Shown here: one piece after another, positions 9,856 to 19,150 of the stretch
Layout: every line of letters starts with the position of its first letter
How positions within the stretch are numbered: the first letter of the stretch is position 1
Assembly: GCF_036323395.1 (NCBI RefSeq)
Contig: NZ_AP028907.1
Location: forward strand, 1,650,001-1,682,000
Length of the DNA stretch: 32,000 nt
Direction of reading: 5' to 3'
Source: Pyrodictium abyssi
GTDB taxonomy: Archaea; Thermoproteota; Thermoprotei_A; Sulfolobales; Pyrodictiaceae
Notes under the pieces: model-generated
Told to the model about the DNA's origin: nothing
Databases searched by the model: none
The model's input: only the letters and a program-made list of their open reading frames with translations
Made by a program: the position numbers and the translations under genes

Positions 9856-10033
9856 CGGGGTGCAGCCAGCGAGGCCTGGCTCACCGCTTCTAGCCCTTTC
9901 CTGGTCATGGCGCTGGCCCTTCCATGTAGTGTCGCTTCTCTGCCATAGACTCCTATGAGGCGTGGTTTCTGGGGCGAGCGTGAGAGCCCTAATCTAGTCC
10001 CGTACGTGTGTACATATGTGCGGGTGTACTGTT

Positions 10034-10321
10034 GTGGCTAAGAGGAAGCTTACTCTAAGCGTTGAGGAGGGCCTGCTGAAGGAGGTGAAGAGCCTAGTTG
10101 CCAGCGAGGGGGGAAGCCTAAGCAGGGTATTCGAGGAGTTCCTCGAGTACATGGCTCCGTCTAGGTGGCTCGACGAGCTAGCAAAGGAGCTGGGCATAGG
10201 AGAGCTCGAGCCGGTAGCGCCCTCGGAGGTGCCTAGGCTGAGGCCCAGAGGGCTAGACGCTGCTAGGGTGGTCAGAGAGCTGAGAGCGGGGCGTGCAGAA
10301 AGGGTGACACCAGTTGCGTAG
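10034..10321 (+). CDS. VapB-like ribbon-helix-helix antitoxin
   Basis: AKRKLTLSVEEGLLKEVKSLVASEGGSLSRVFEEFLEYMA is RHH-like; immediately followed by a truncated PIN reading frame. GTG start at 10034. Confidence 0.65.
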   Translation: MAKRKLTLSVEEGLLKEVKSLVASEGGSLSRVFEEFLEYMAPSRWLDELAKELGIGELEPVAPSEVPRLRPRGLDAARVVRELRAGRAERVTPVA

Positions 10322-10484
10322 CGGGGAGGTCTACTACCTTGACACCAGTGCCCTAGTCAAGAGGTACCTAGATGAGCCGGGGAGCAATACCGTCGACGCA
10401 TTGTTTGCAGCGCGCATAAAGGCATGGCTAGGCCAGGTTTCGGTCTGCACGTGGCTCCACAGGACGGTGCCTTCACAGGCATAG
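10314..10484 (+). pseudogene. truncated VapC PIN-domain toxin remnant
   Basis: Translation from TTG 10314: LRSGEVYYLDTSALVKRYLDEPGSNTVDALFAARIKAWLGQVSVCTWLHRTVPSQA*. This is a clear VapC N-terminus ending after 56 codons, overlapping the VapB-like stop. Confidence 0.7.
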
Positions 10485-10520
10485 GGTCATCCTCATATGG
10501 TGCCCGTGTCCCTACTAGAC

Positions 10521-10693
10521 ACGAGGCTCTACTGGAGAAGTGCTCACATCTGCCTGAGGGAGGCCAGGAGGCTCCACGACGGGGAGGAGGAGCACGGCAT
10601 AGCACTGGTCATGGCCGGGCAGTCAGCAAGCTTGCCATAAAGGACGCCTATACCCTGGCTCCTGCACAATGCCCCAGGCACGCGTCTACGTAA
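10521..10693 (+). pseudogene. possible degraded HEPN-domain gene fragment
   Basis: Frame from 10521: TRLYWRSAHICLREARRLHDGEEEHGIALVMAGQSASLP*. The adjacent frame continues LAIKDAYTLAPAQCPRH. Together they resemble the HEPN pattern YW..A...L..A..L..G....A...A.QA.ELALKA..... P.H. Confidence 0.3.
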
Positions 10694-10998
10694 TAGACGG
10701 GATCATGGAGGATAGGCTAACAGCGGTAAGCGACCTTGTAGGCTCTTCTCCTCCCCGGAAGACATGGACCACAGGAAACGGGTAGAGGCGAAGACGTGCA
10801 TATTCCTACAAGCTCTCCAGGAGGCTTCCCGGGATAATACGGTAGACCCTCGCGTCATCGGCCTCGGAGGCTTTAGAATAATATGTTATGAAAAGCCTGC
10901 AAAGAATATGCTAGAGCCGGTCCAGTACGGTAAGCAGCGCCAGCTACTGTACAGTGTGGATGCACGACTACAGCTGCTCTGCCATAGCCTCGGGGATG

Positions 10999-11403
10999 CT
11001 AGCCTAGGTACTTCTTGAGTGCTTCTATTAGTTTGTCGGCTAGGGTGTTGGGGTCGCCGTACTCTACTATTATCCTGAGGCTGGGGTAGCCGGGTAGGCT
11101 TGTGTCTAGCTCGTAGCCTAGCTCCTCTGCGCCTAGGAGCCCTGCTAGCTTCATGGCGCTGGCTAGTGTGCGGCCTGTGGCCTCGTCTAGGGCTTCGCTG
11201 CTGGAGCCGGGCAGGGGCACGGTTATCACTATGGCGTAGCCTTCGCCGCTCTCGGCCTCCGTGACCTCTACTACTATGTCGTCTAGGTGGATGCGGGTGG
11301 CCTCGCCCTCAGCCTCGAAGCTGACGCCGCGCTCCTTGAGGAAGCCCTGGATCTTCTTGGCCCACTCGGTCTTGCCCGCGTGGCCCGGTATGCCTTCCTC
11401 CAC
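10999..11403 (-). CDS. conserved-looking hypothetical protein
   Basis: C-terminal 120 aa of the 10999..11532 ORF look like a folded small acidic archaeal protein (KTEWAKKIQGFLKERGVSFEAEGEATRIHLDDIVVEV...LADKLIEALKKYLG). GTG 11403 is a plausible start. Confidence 0.6.
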   Translation of the reverse strand: MEEGIPGHAGKTEWAKKIQGFLKERGVSFEAEGEATRIHLDDIVVEVTEAESGEGYAIVITVPLPGSSSEALDEATGRTLASAMKLAGLLGAEELGYELDTSLPGYPSLRIIVEYGDPNTLADKLIEALKKYLG

Positions 11404-11542
11404 AGCTCTCCCCCGGGAGGTTCTGCTGCCTGTCCCCCGGGGGGTTGTTATGGGCGCTGCTGCGTGGCCCTTGGCGGCTGTGTTTGGGCTTTGCGGGTGT
11501 TCATCCGTAGAATATTTGACTAGTCTCTGCAAGTGGAGGAGT

Positions 11543-12679
11543 TTGGGGTGTCCTCTGGCTACACAGCTATGGCTGAGGACGGTCGAGAGGCGCCTGCAGG
11601 TACTGTGGGCCCTGCTAGCCTACGGGCAGCAGGACGCCTACTCGGTAGCATCTAACATAGCCGTGTGCTTCGAGAAGGAGCCGATGGCTCTCCTGCCCGG
11701 CGTGCACGCGAACGCCGAGGCGCTTGAGAGGCTCTGGCTCGTAGAGGCGACGCGGCCCGGCGTGTACCGCCTCACGCCCCTAGGCGTGCTCGTCGCGTGG
11801 AGGCTCTGTAGCGGCGACTACTGTAGCACGCTCCTAGCCGCTAGGGAGCTGGAGCGCGGCGAGAGCCTGCTCCGGGGCCTGAGCGTGGCTGCTGCACTAG
11901 CCTACGTGCTGGCGTACAGCGAGGACCCGGCTGCTGTTCTCGCTAGGCTGGGCAGGGGCGGCGTTGTGGACCACAGCGATCCGGTGGCAGAGGTCGTGCT
12001 GAGGCCCGGCGGCGCCCCTCTCGTCGAGGTGGACCAGGACTACCCATGCAGCTGCATGGACGTGGGGCAGCTAGGCGACCCCGAGCAGGCGGCTATCCTC
12101 GCCCTGGACAGCCCCCGGGAGTTCTACGAGGAGGCTGAGCATGCGGGGCTACTCCTCATGCATGGCCGTAGGCTCGGAGAGCTCGTGGAGCGCTGCAGGG
12201 ACGTGATGCGTACGGGGCCCTGTGAGCCGGGCTTCGAGGCTATACTAGAGGACGCAACCGGCCTGAACGGTGTCAGCCTCGTCGAGTTCGCGCACAGGCA
12301 TGGCTGTGCCAGCGTGCTCGCCCCGGCTAGGGCTGCGGCCCTCGCTGTAGCATCTGCAGTCCTCGACGAGATCCTGGGCGTGGCTAGTTCTAGGCACGTC
12401 CTGCTCGACACGCTCACAGTCCTCTACAACTCCTTCAGAGAAACGCTATCGCCCCTGCTGAGAGGCTACATAGCAGATGTGCTCGCGGCGGTGCTCGTGG
12501 GAGAGCTCGAGCAGAGCCTAGGGCTCGCTGTGAGCCTGCTATCGATGCACCCTGAGCTAGCAGAGCTTATAGCCGGGTCCAGGCGCGAAGCTGTGGCTAG
12601 GCTAGCGCGCGTCCTAGAAGCGGTGCTAGCACAACCGCCCCGGGCGAGGCGCGGCCGCCGCCTTGACGCGGCTGGCTAG
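11543..12679 (+). CDS. hypothetical protein, possible N-terminal winged-helix-like segment
   Basis: Long Leu/Ala-rich ORF; no family recognised. True start is uncertain within 11261-11580 because the N-terminal ORF overlaps the opposite-strand gene. Confidence 0.55.
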   Translation: MGCPLATQLWLRTVERRLQVLWALLAYGQQDAYSVASNIAVCFEKEPMALLPGVHANAEALERLWLVEATRPGVYRLTPLGVLVAWRLCSGDYCSTLLAARELERGESLLRGLSVAAALAYVLAYSEDPAAVLARLGRGGVVDHSDPVAEVVLRPGGAPLVEVDQDYPCSCMDVGQLGDPEQAAILALDSPREFYEEAEHAGLLLMHGRRLGELVERCRDVMRTGPCEPGFEAILEDATGLNGVSLVEFAHRHGCASVLAPARAAALAVASAVLDEILGVASSRHVLLDTLTVLYNSFRETLSPLLRGYIADVLAAVLVGELEQSLGLAVSLLSMHPELAELIAGSRREAVARLARVLEAVLAQPPRARRGRRLDAAG

Positions 12680-13739
12680 AAGCCTTGCCGCTATCGCGGC
12701 AGCCAACCTCCTGTGGGGTGTGGGCTGGAGCTTTGCCCCGCTTATACCGCTCTACGCGCTCGAGGTGGGTGTGTCCGAGGCCCTCTACGGGCTCGTCTAC
12801 GGCCTCGGCCTCCTCGTGGCCATGGTCTCTGGTCTTCTTGGTGGGCTGCTGGCGTCCCGGGGGCCTCGGGCAGCGTGGGCTACGGCTGTGGCGAGTTACG
12901 CTGTGGCGGGTCTCGGTCTGCTCGTGATGTTTGCTTGGCGCGGGCTGCCGGGCTTCGTGCTGGGGTATGCCCTGTACTCGCTCAACTCGGTTGGCTGGCC
13001 TCCGCTGGCTGCGCTCCTCTCTGGTGCCAGGGCCTCGTCCAGGGTGATGGTGTTTGCCCTGTCTACGAGTGTGCGGGTGGGTGCGGCTCTAGGAGGCGCT
13101 GTCGCCTACCGTGTCGCGGGGACTGCTGCCGAGGGGCTCTGGGCGGCGTCTTTGGTCTTCCTCGTGTCCGCTATCCCGGCGCTGCTGCTGGACACCAGGG
13201 GCTTCCAGCCCCGGAGACATGGGAGGCTGGTCCTCCGGGCCTATAGGGAGGCCCTATTGTATGGGGCGGCCTCTGCTCTGCCCCTCGTGTTCGCGCCGTT
13301 CGCGCCCTACTACCTCAGGGCGGCTGGCCTTGAGGTCCGGGAGGTCCCGCTCTACTATGTCTCGCTCCACGCTGCGGGGATGGTGTTGCCGCCGCTGCTC
13401 GCCCCCTACCCGGTGCTCGTGGCCGTGCTGCTGGCTGCCGCGCCTCTGCTGGTATATAGTGGGGTTCATGCCGCTATGCTGCTAGGGCTCGCCTTCCTAA
13501 GCCTTGCGGGCGCGCTCGACGAGATACTATACGCTCATGTGAGTAGGGCGAGGCCCGGCGACCCGCTCCTGGCCGGGGCTCTGCAGACTGCGAGGAACCT
13601 TGCTAGGGCTCCGGCCTCGTGGCTGGGAGGCGCGCTGTACAGCGTGGGACCGGCGCTACATGTGTCCGTCTCGGCCCTGGCTACAGCGCTTATGGCGGCG
13701 CTGCTTAGGCCTAAAGGCCCCCAGCTGCGTGGCTCGTAA
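12663..13739 (+). CDS. MFS transporter
   Basis: 358 aa polytopic membrane protein with duplicated 6-TM organisation (PLYALEVGVSEALYGLVYGLGLLVAMVSGLLGGLLASRRG-like loop). Confidence 0.75.
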   Translation: MTRLARSLAAIAAANLLWGVGWSFAPLIPLYALEVGVSEALYGLVYGLGLLVAMVSGLLGGLLASRGPRAAWATAVASYAVAGLGLLVMFAWRGLPGFVLGYALYSLNSVGWPPLAALLSGARASSRVMVFALSTSVRVGAALGGAVAYRVAGTAAEGLWAASLVFLVSAIPALLLDTRGFQPRRHGRLVLRAYREALLYGAASALPLVFAPFAPYYLRAAGLEVREVPLYYVSLHAAGMVLPPLLAPYPVLVAVLLAAAPLLVYSGVHAAMLLGLAFLSLAGALDEILYAHVSRARPGDPLLAGALQTARNLARAPASWLGGALYSVGPALHVSVSALATALMAALLRPKGPQLRGS

Positions 13740-13764
13740 CGGTGCGGCTAAGGGCACCTAGGCC

Positions 13765-14277
13765 TTGGACCCGTGCAGCGGCTTGACGCGGGAGAAGGGC
13801 GTCTACGTCCTCGTCTTCGTGCTCCAGGAGGGCTACCGGGGCCTTGTGGGCCGGAGGCTGGAGGCGCGGCTCGGCCCCGGGGCCTACGCTTATGTCGGGA
13901 GCGCGTGGGGCCCCGGCGGGCTCCGGGCCCGGCTCTGCCGCCACCTCTACGGCCGGCGGGGGAGGATGCACTGGCACATAGACTACCTCGCAGCGGCCCC
14001 AGGCTACCGGGCCCTGGGCGCCGTGGCGGTGCTGGCTCCGCGTGGGGCTGAGGCGTTCCTCGCTGCTGCCGGGTACTCGTCGCGGCTCTTTGAGCCCGTG
14101 GAGCCCCGGCTCGGGGGCACCGACGACCCCTACGGGCTGGGCCACCTCTTCCGCTGCCTGGCCGGGGACTGTCTCGTGGCCGCGGCTGGGCTCGCGTCCT
14201 CGGTGCCCGGCGCTATAGTGGTCTACATGGTGGATGGGCGGGCTAAGCGGGTTACGCACAATCAACCCCGAGGATGA
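13765..14277 (+). CDS. DUF123 / GIY-YIG-like family protein
   Basis: GVYVLVF... LGPGAYAYVGSAWGPGGLRARLCRHL...GRMHWHIDYL matches the DUF123 hallmark (YVGSA.G..GL..R..RH....WHIDYL). Confidence 0.85.
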   Translation: MDPCSGLTREKGVYVLVFVLQEGYRGLVGRRLEARLGPGAYAYVGSAWGPGGLRARLCRHLYGRRGRMHWHIDYLAAAPGYRALGAVAVLAPRGAEAFLAAAGYSSRLFEPVEPRLGGTDDPYGLGHLFRCLAGDCLVAAAGLASSVPGAIVVYMVDGRAKRVTHNQPRG

Positions 14278-14498
14278 GCGAAGAGCTTAAATTGAAGCGC
14301 CCCTACTTCAGTCTGAGAACGGGGCCGTTGAAGCCTAGTGGCCTCACAGAGGCCTACGGAAACATTCCACCGGAGTTGGACGCTTCCAGTACACCGTAGC
14401 TGACTAGCCGAGCCAACCGCCGGTGCTGGCTCTACGTCACCGTCGCCTCGGCCCCGTAACAGTCTTCGAGACAACGACCGAGCCTGGGGGTGAGACTC

Positions 14499-15671
14499 AT
14501 GGCCATACGCGTGGTGCTCCTCGGTCAGGGCCTCGTGGCCACACACTTCGCAGTAGGCGTGGAGAGGATTAAGAAGGGCGAGCTAGAGCCCTACGGCGTG
14601 CCCTTCGCCAAGTACAAGATGGTCTACGATATAAAGGACATAGAGATAGTCGGTAGCTACGACGTTGACGAGGAGAAGGTGGGCAAGACCGTCTACGAGG
14701 TGGCAGTCAAGTCTGTCGGCGACATACTACCAGTGCCAGAGACCCTCAAGAACATCACGGTTAGGCGCGGCATCCACCTAGGCTCGATGGAGGGCCTACC
14801 GTTCCGCGTCAAGGGCCTCGAGGACGAGCTAGGATCGACCAAGGCCGCCATAGAGCGGCTGGTAGAGGAGTGGAAGCAGCTACAGCCAGACGTGATAATC
14901 GAGGTCGCCACAACCGAGCCCGCAAAGGCGTTCCACGACGTCAAGGCCCTGGAGGAGGCCATAGAGCGGGACGACAGGAAGAGGCTGAGCGCTAGCCACG
15001 CCTACGCCTACGCCGCCTACCTCTACGCCAAGGAGACCGGCAGGCCAGTAGTCTTCGTCAACGTGATACCGAGCCCACTAGCCCGCGACGACGCCATAGT
15101 AAAGCTCTTCGAGGAGGCAGGCAGCCTAGTGCTAGGCGACGACGGCGCCACCGGCGCCACCCCGCTCACCGCTGACCTGCTAGAGCACCTCGCGGAGAGG
15201 AACCGCTACGTACTCAGCATCGCACAGTTCAACATCGGCGGCAACACCGACTTCCTCGCGCTGACCGTGCCGGAGCGCAACAAGATGAAGGAGGAGACAA
15301 AGAGCAGCATAGTCAAGGACATACTAGGCTACGACGCGCCACACTTCATCAAGCCTACGGGCTACCTAGAGCCGCTCGGCGACAAGAAGTTCGTCTCGAT
15401 GCACATATGGTGGAAGACGTTCAACGCGCTAGAGGACGAGCTAGTAGTGAACCTCCGCATCAACGACAGCCCGGCGCTCGCAGGCCTACTGGTAGACCTA
15501 ACGAGGATAGGCAAGGCCCTGGTAGAGAGGGGCGAGAAGGGCACAGCATACCCGGTAAACGCCTTCTTCATGAAGGACCCAGGGCCGCGCGGCGCCAGGA
15601 ACATGTCCCGTATACGCGCCTACTACCAGCTACTAGACTACCTACGCGAGAAGGGCGTAATCAAGGCCTAG
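14499..15671 (+). CDS. ino1: inositol-1-phosphate (myo-inositol-3-phosphate) synthase
   Basis: VVLLGQGLVATHFAVGVERIKKGEL, NVIPSPLARDDAIVKLFEEAG, LVLGDDGATGATPLTADLLEHLAERNRYVLSIAQFNIGGNTDFLAL. Confidence 0.9.
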   Translation: MAIRVVLLGQGLVATHFAVGVERIKKGELEPYGVPFAKYKMVYDIKDIEIVGSYDVDEEKVGKTVYEVAVKSVGDILPVPETLKNITVRRGIHLGSMEGLPFRVKGLEDELGSTKAAIERLVEEWKQLQPDVIIEVATTEPAKAFHDVKALEEAIERDDRKRLSASHAYAYAAYLYAKETGRPVVFVNVIPSPLARDDAIVKLFEEAGSLVLGDDGATGATPLTADLLEHLAERNRYVLSIAQFNIGGNTDFLALTVPERNKMKEETKSSIVKDILGYDAPHFIKPTGYLEPLGDKKFVSMHIWWKTFNALEDELVVNLRINDSPALAGLLVDLTRIGKALVERGEKGTAYPVNAFFMKDPGPRGARNMSRIRAYYQLLDYLREKGVIKA

Positions 15672-15832
15672 AGGCCAGGGGCCTCCCCACGGCTGCTTCT
15701 TTTCACTACGGGCCCGGAGGAGCAGCTACACCTACGGTCTTTCTCCCCACGGCTGCCCCTCCACGACACCTTCTAGGAGACTCCGACATACGTACGCAGG
15801 ATTCTTTACCGGACAAGGGGACCCCAGCCGCC

Positions 15833-16870
15833 ATGGTAGGCGCCGCTATGCGCTTCATCGTCCGCTGTAAGCCGGGCGAACACAGGGAGCGGGAAGAGCG
15901 GGTAGCAATAGTCGGTGCCGGGCCTGCCGGCCTCTACGCTGCAGGGTACCTCCGCTGCAGGGGCTTCCAGGTGACGGTCTACGACCGGAACCCCGAGCCT
16001 GGCGGCTTCCTGATATTCGGCGTGCTGGATATACATGTAGACAAGGAGCGCGTCCGCAAGGGCATAGAGGAGCTACGCGGCATCGGCGTAGAGTTCCGCC
16101 AGAACACCCTAGTCGGTAGGGATGTGCTACTCGGCGACCTAATAGAAGGCTACGACGCGGTGCTGATAGCCACCGGTACGTGGAGGAGCCGGCGGCTAGA
16201 CATACCGGGCTCAGGGCTAGAGGGCGTCTACCCCGCGATGGAGTGGATAGTGGACTACCACATGTGGCGCTACGGCTACCGGGCCGAGAAGCCGCCAGTA
16301 GGACGACGAGTAGTAGTCATAGGCGGCGGGCTCACGGCCGTCGACGCAGTCCACGTAGCCAAGTGGCTCGGGGCAGAGGAAGTGCACCTCGCCTACCGGC
16401 GTACACGCCACTACGCGCCGGCAGGGGAGAGAGGATTCCGCGAAGCAGAGGAAGCTGGCGCAGTCGTACACGAGCTCGTATCGCCAGTAGAGTACATCGG
16501 CAGCGGCGGCCGGGTGGCTGCCGTGAGGTTCCAGCGGATGCGGCTAGAGGAGCAGCCCGGCGCAAAGAGGCCCCGGCCGGTACCGGTGCCCGGCGAGTAC
16601 GTGACACTAGAAGCCGACATGGTCCTCGAGGCTATAGGGCTAGTACCTACGCCGCCGTTCAACGGCGGCGACTACGGTATAAGGCTGCGTAGCGACGGCA
16701 CGATAGACGTTGACGAGTACAAGAGGACTACGAGGGAGCCCGTCTTCGCCGCGGGTGACGTGGTCCACGGGGCTAGCCTGATAGGCCCAGCGATGAAGAG
16801 CGGGCTTGAGGCAGCTGCGGCTATCGAGAAGTACCTCGACGGCGAGATAGGGTGGAGAAAAGACCTGTAG
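15833..16870 (+). CDS. NAD(P)/FAD-dependent oxidoreductase related to glutamate synthase small subunit (GltD-like)
   Basis: VAIVGAGPAGLYAAGYLRCRGFQVTVYDRNPEPGGFLIFGV (FAD Rossmann), VVVIGGGLTAVDAVHVAKWLGAEEVHLAYRR (NAD(P) Rossmann), VFAAGDVVHGASLIGPAMKSGLEAAAAI. Confidence 0.85.
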   Translation: MVGAAMRFIVRCKPGEHREREERVAIVGAGPAGLYAAGYLRCRGFQVTVYDRNPEPGGFLIFGVLDIHVDKERVRKGIEELRGIGVEFRQNTLVGRDVLLGDLIEGYDAVLIATGTWRSRRLDIPGSGLEGVYPAMEWIVDYHMWRYGYRAEKPPVGRRVVVIGGGLTAVDAVHVAKWLGAEEVHLAYRRTRHYAPAGERGFREAEEAGAVVHELVSPVEYIGSGGRVAAVRFQRMRLEEQPGAKRPRPVPVPGEYVTLEADMVLEAIGLVPTPPFNGGDYGIRLRSDGTIDVDEYKRTTREPVFAAGDVVHGASLIGPAMKSGLEAAAAIEKYLDGEIGWRKDL

Positions 16871-16920
16871 CCCTCTCGCCTGCGGCTCCAGGCGCTCCTG
16901 GTTGCTTCTCCGTCTGTGCG

Positions 16921-17418
16921 CTAGGGCTTGGCTTGCTCTGTTTTCTTCTTCCGCTTCGCGTGGCCATAGAGGCCTATCCTTGGCCCTGGCTCTCTTATCT
17001 CGATCCTCCTGGCGAATATCCATAGCACTACCGAGGTGGCTAGCATACCGGTGAGCACTATCGCCTTGACCGGGTTGAACTGCTGGCCTATGAAGGCTAG
17101 GAAGCCTATGAGGTCCCTGGCAATCGCTATGGTTATGGCCTCGAAGAGTATGTCCATCCTGAAGCGGCCCTCTACTATGCTGCCTACTATGGTCCTTGTG
17201 AGGTCTATGAACACGAATATTAGCAGTACCTTTTCGACTACCTCGGTGTAGATGAAGCCGTGCTCCACTAGCGTCTTGAAGAAGTCTATTATGGCCATGG
17301 CTGTGGCTATGGAGAGTGCTAGGAGGGCTATTATCTCGAAGGCCTCGTAGACCCCCGCTGCTACCCGTGCAAGCAGTCTCTCCTGGAAATGGTGCTCTCT
17401 AGCGTCGCTAGATGCCAT
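16921..17418 (-). CDS. PsiE-like phosphate-starvation-inducible family membrane protein
   Basis: 165 aa, four hydrophobic segments, pattern LLIFVFIDLTRTIVGSIVEGRFRMDILFEAITIAIARDLIGF typical of PsiE-like proteins. Confidence 0.7.
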   Translation of the reverse strand: MASSDAREHHFQERLLARVAAGVYEAFEIIALLALSIATAMAIIDFFKTLVEHGFIYTEVVEKVLLIFVFIDLTRTIVGSIVEGRFRMDILFEAITIAIARDLIGFLAFIGQQFNPVKAIVLTGMLATSVVLWIFARRIEIREPGPRIGLYGHAKRKKKTEQAKP

Positions 17419-17565
17419 AGCCTAGCAGCACCATGTAGTATCATATATCTGCTGCTCCTAGAGGATTTTATCTGGCACGTCGCTTACAAGCCAGAGATAT
17501 GGATAGTAGGAACACCCTAGACCCAGGTGATAAGGGGGACCACACCAGGAGGGTGTATAGCCGCG

Positions 17566-17895
17566 ATGGAGTCCGGGCTAGTAGTCGTCTATGTGACCGC
17601 GCCTAGGGGTAAGGGCGCAGAGATAGCGCGTAAGCTGCTAGAGGAGAGGCTAGCAGCGTGCATAAACATCGCCGAGGTGAATAGCATGTACTGGTGGCAG
17701 GGCAAGATAGAGGAGGACAAGGAGGACCTACTAGTGATAAAGACTACCGTGGCGAGGCTAGAGGAGCTCATACGCCGGGTCAAGGAGATACACCCGTACA
17801 CAGTGCCCGAGGTGGTAGCACTCCCCGTGATAGCGTGCCTCGGCGACTACTGCCGCTGGGCCCGCGAGGAAACCAATCCCCAGAGAAATGTTTAA
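17566..17895 (+). CDS. cutA: divalent-cation tolerance protein CutA
   Basis: VVVYVTAPRGKGAEIARKLLEERLAACINIAEVNSMYWWQGKIEEDKEDLLVIKTT...HPYTVPEVVALPV. ATG at 17566. Confidence 0.95.
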   Translation: MESGLVVVYVTAPRGKGAEIARKLLEERLAACINIAEVNSMYWWQGKIEEDKEDLLVIKTTVARLEELIRRVKEIHPYTVPEVVALPVIACLGDYCRWAREETNPQRNV

Positions 17896-17898
17896 ATA
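17891..17898 (+). promoter_or_regulatory. TATA box for the tRNA-Lys transcript
   Basis: tttaaata, about 50 bp upstream of the tRNA 5' end. Confidence 0.6.
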
Positions 17899-17944
17899 CC
17901 CCCACGTTCCCAGAGTGGGCTTCCAAACATGGAGGCGCGTGGCT

Positions 17945-18056
<112 letters not shown>

Positions 18057-18126
18057 CGCCCACCCCGGATCCACAACCCCTCTCCTCCACTCGTCCTCGA
18101 CCCGCAGCACCAGCTGGCATGTCCTA

Positions 18127-18639
18127 CTAGCCTGTGTAGACGGTTACAGCCCTCTCGGGGAACAGTGTGAGGCTTGCCTCGTAGTACACAGTCTCGTCCA
18201 CGATGGCGAAGCCTAGCTTCTCATAGAAGCCTTCAAGCCCCCGGACAGAGTTTAGGTAGACGTGACGCGTCTCGTTGTAGAGCCTCCGAGCGGTCTTGAC
18301 TACTAGGCTGCTTCCTAGGCCGTGGCCCTGGTAGCGGGGGTCTACAGCGACCTCCTCTATGTAGCCTGAAAAGCCCTCGGCTAGGTTGGGGTTGATGTAT
18401 GCCTGTAGGTAGCCTGCTAGCTCCCCGCTAGGGCTCCAGGCTAGCAGGTATAGCGTCTTGTAGCGCTTCTCGATGTACCCCAGGTAGTTGGCGTAGTCGC
18501 GTACCGTGATGGGGCTGTACCACTGGTACCTCGAGAACGCCGCGTTAACGACCCTGGCCACCTCCGTCAGCAGCCCCTCGTCCCTGATAGCCTGGTGCGC
18601 GCCTCCACGAGGAGCCTGGCGGAGGCCTCGCGCCAGCAA
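18127..18639 (-). CDS. GNAT family N-acetyltransferase
   Basis: YIEEVAVDPRYQGHGLGSSLVVKTARRLYNE...VYLNSVRGLEGFYEKLGFAIVDET. N-terminal boundary uncertain. Confidence 0.85.
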   Translation of the reverse strand: MLARGLRQAPRGGAHQAIRDEGLLTEVARVVNAAFSRYQWYSPITVRDYANYLGYIEKRYKTLYLLAWSPSGELAGYLQAYINPNLAEGFSGYIEEVAVDPRYQGHGLGSSLVVKTARRLYNETRHVYLNSVRGLEGFYEKLGFAIVDETVYYEASLTLFPERAVTVYTG

Positions 18640-19068
18640 CGCCTCTGTAGGCCATGGGTGCTCCTCTTCTCCTGGCCGCTGCTCCGGGTAGGAGGCGGCG
18701 CAGCGTGTCGTCCAGCAGTGTGCGGGGCTCGATGCTAATGCTCACATATACGCCTCTTAGCCCCTGGTGGTGCTCCAGGAGGAGCCTAGCATAGGCAAGT
18801 ATCTCCTCCAGCGCGGTGAGGCCCTCTGTGAGGGCTATCAGGGGGTCTATCCGCGCCCATACCACGGCCGCTGGCGTGGAGGAGCTTGTTAGCAGCGCGA
18901 CCAGGTTCTCGGGGCGGTAGCCGCTGTAGCTCAGCCACTGTCTCCGTATACGCTCCCCGGTCCACGGCTCCCGGTCACGGGGTAGCGGAGGCTGTCTACG
19001 CGGTTTAGTAGCCCGGCTATAGCGTCCTCTATGCCGAGCTTCTCTACGCCAGCTACTAGCCTCAGCAT
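18545..19068 (-). pseudogene. hypothetical protein split by an apparent frameshift
   Basis: From ATG 19068, MLRLVAGVEKLGIEDAIAGLLNRVDSLRYP reads in one frame. The other frame continues RDREPWTGERIRRQWLSYSGYRPENLVALLTSSSTPAAVVWARIDPLIALTEGL... Adding one base to the CCCC run (plus-strand GGGG at 18979-18982) restores one ORF. Confidence 0.6.
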
Positions 19069-19150
19069 GCCTCCTGGCCAGCCTCTACCCAGCCCCTAGG
19101 ATATAGCAGCGGGCTACTCTTATCGTGATCGGGTCCCCCGGGGCCCCGGG

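Noticed and set aside
10868-10898. AGGCTTT...AAAGCCT inverted repeat
   Set aside because: Only 7 bp arms with a 17-nt AT-rich spacer inside decayed sequence; could be chance and no associated terminator or element was found.
12713-13246. 177 aa ORF within the MFS gene
   Set aside because: Shadow frame of a polytopic membrane protein.
13711-14265. Minus-strand 184 aa ORF opposite DUF123 gene
   Set aside because: DUF123 hallmark residues are clear on the plus strand; the antisense frame is Pro/Ala/Glu-rich shadow.
14280-14330. Possible C/D box sRNA (aggatga ... ctga)
   Set aside because: C box has a mismatch and no convincing internal C'/D' boxes or target guide could be identified.
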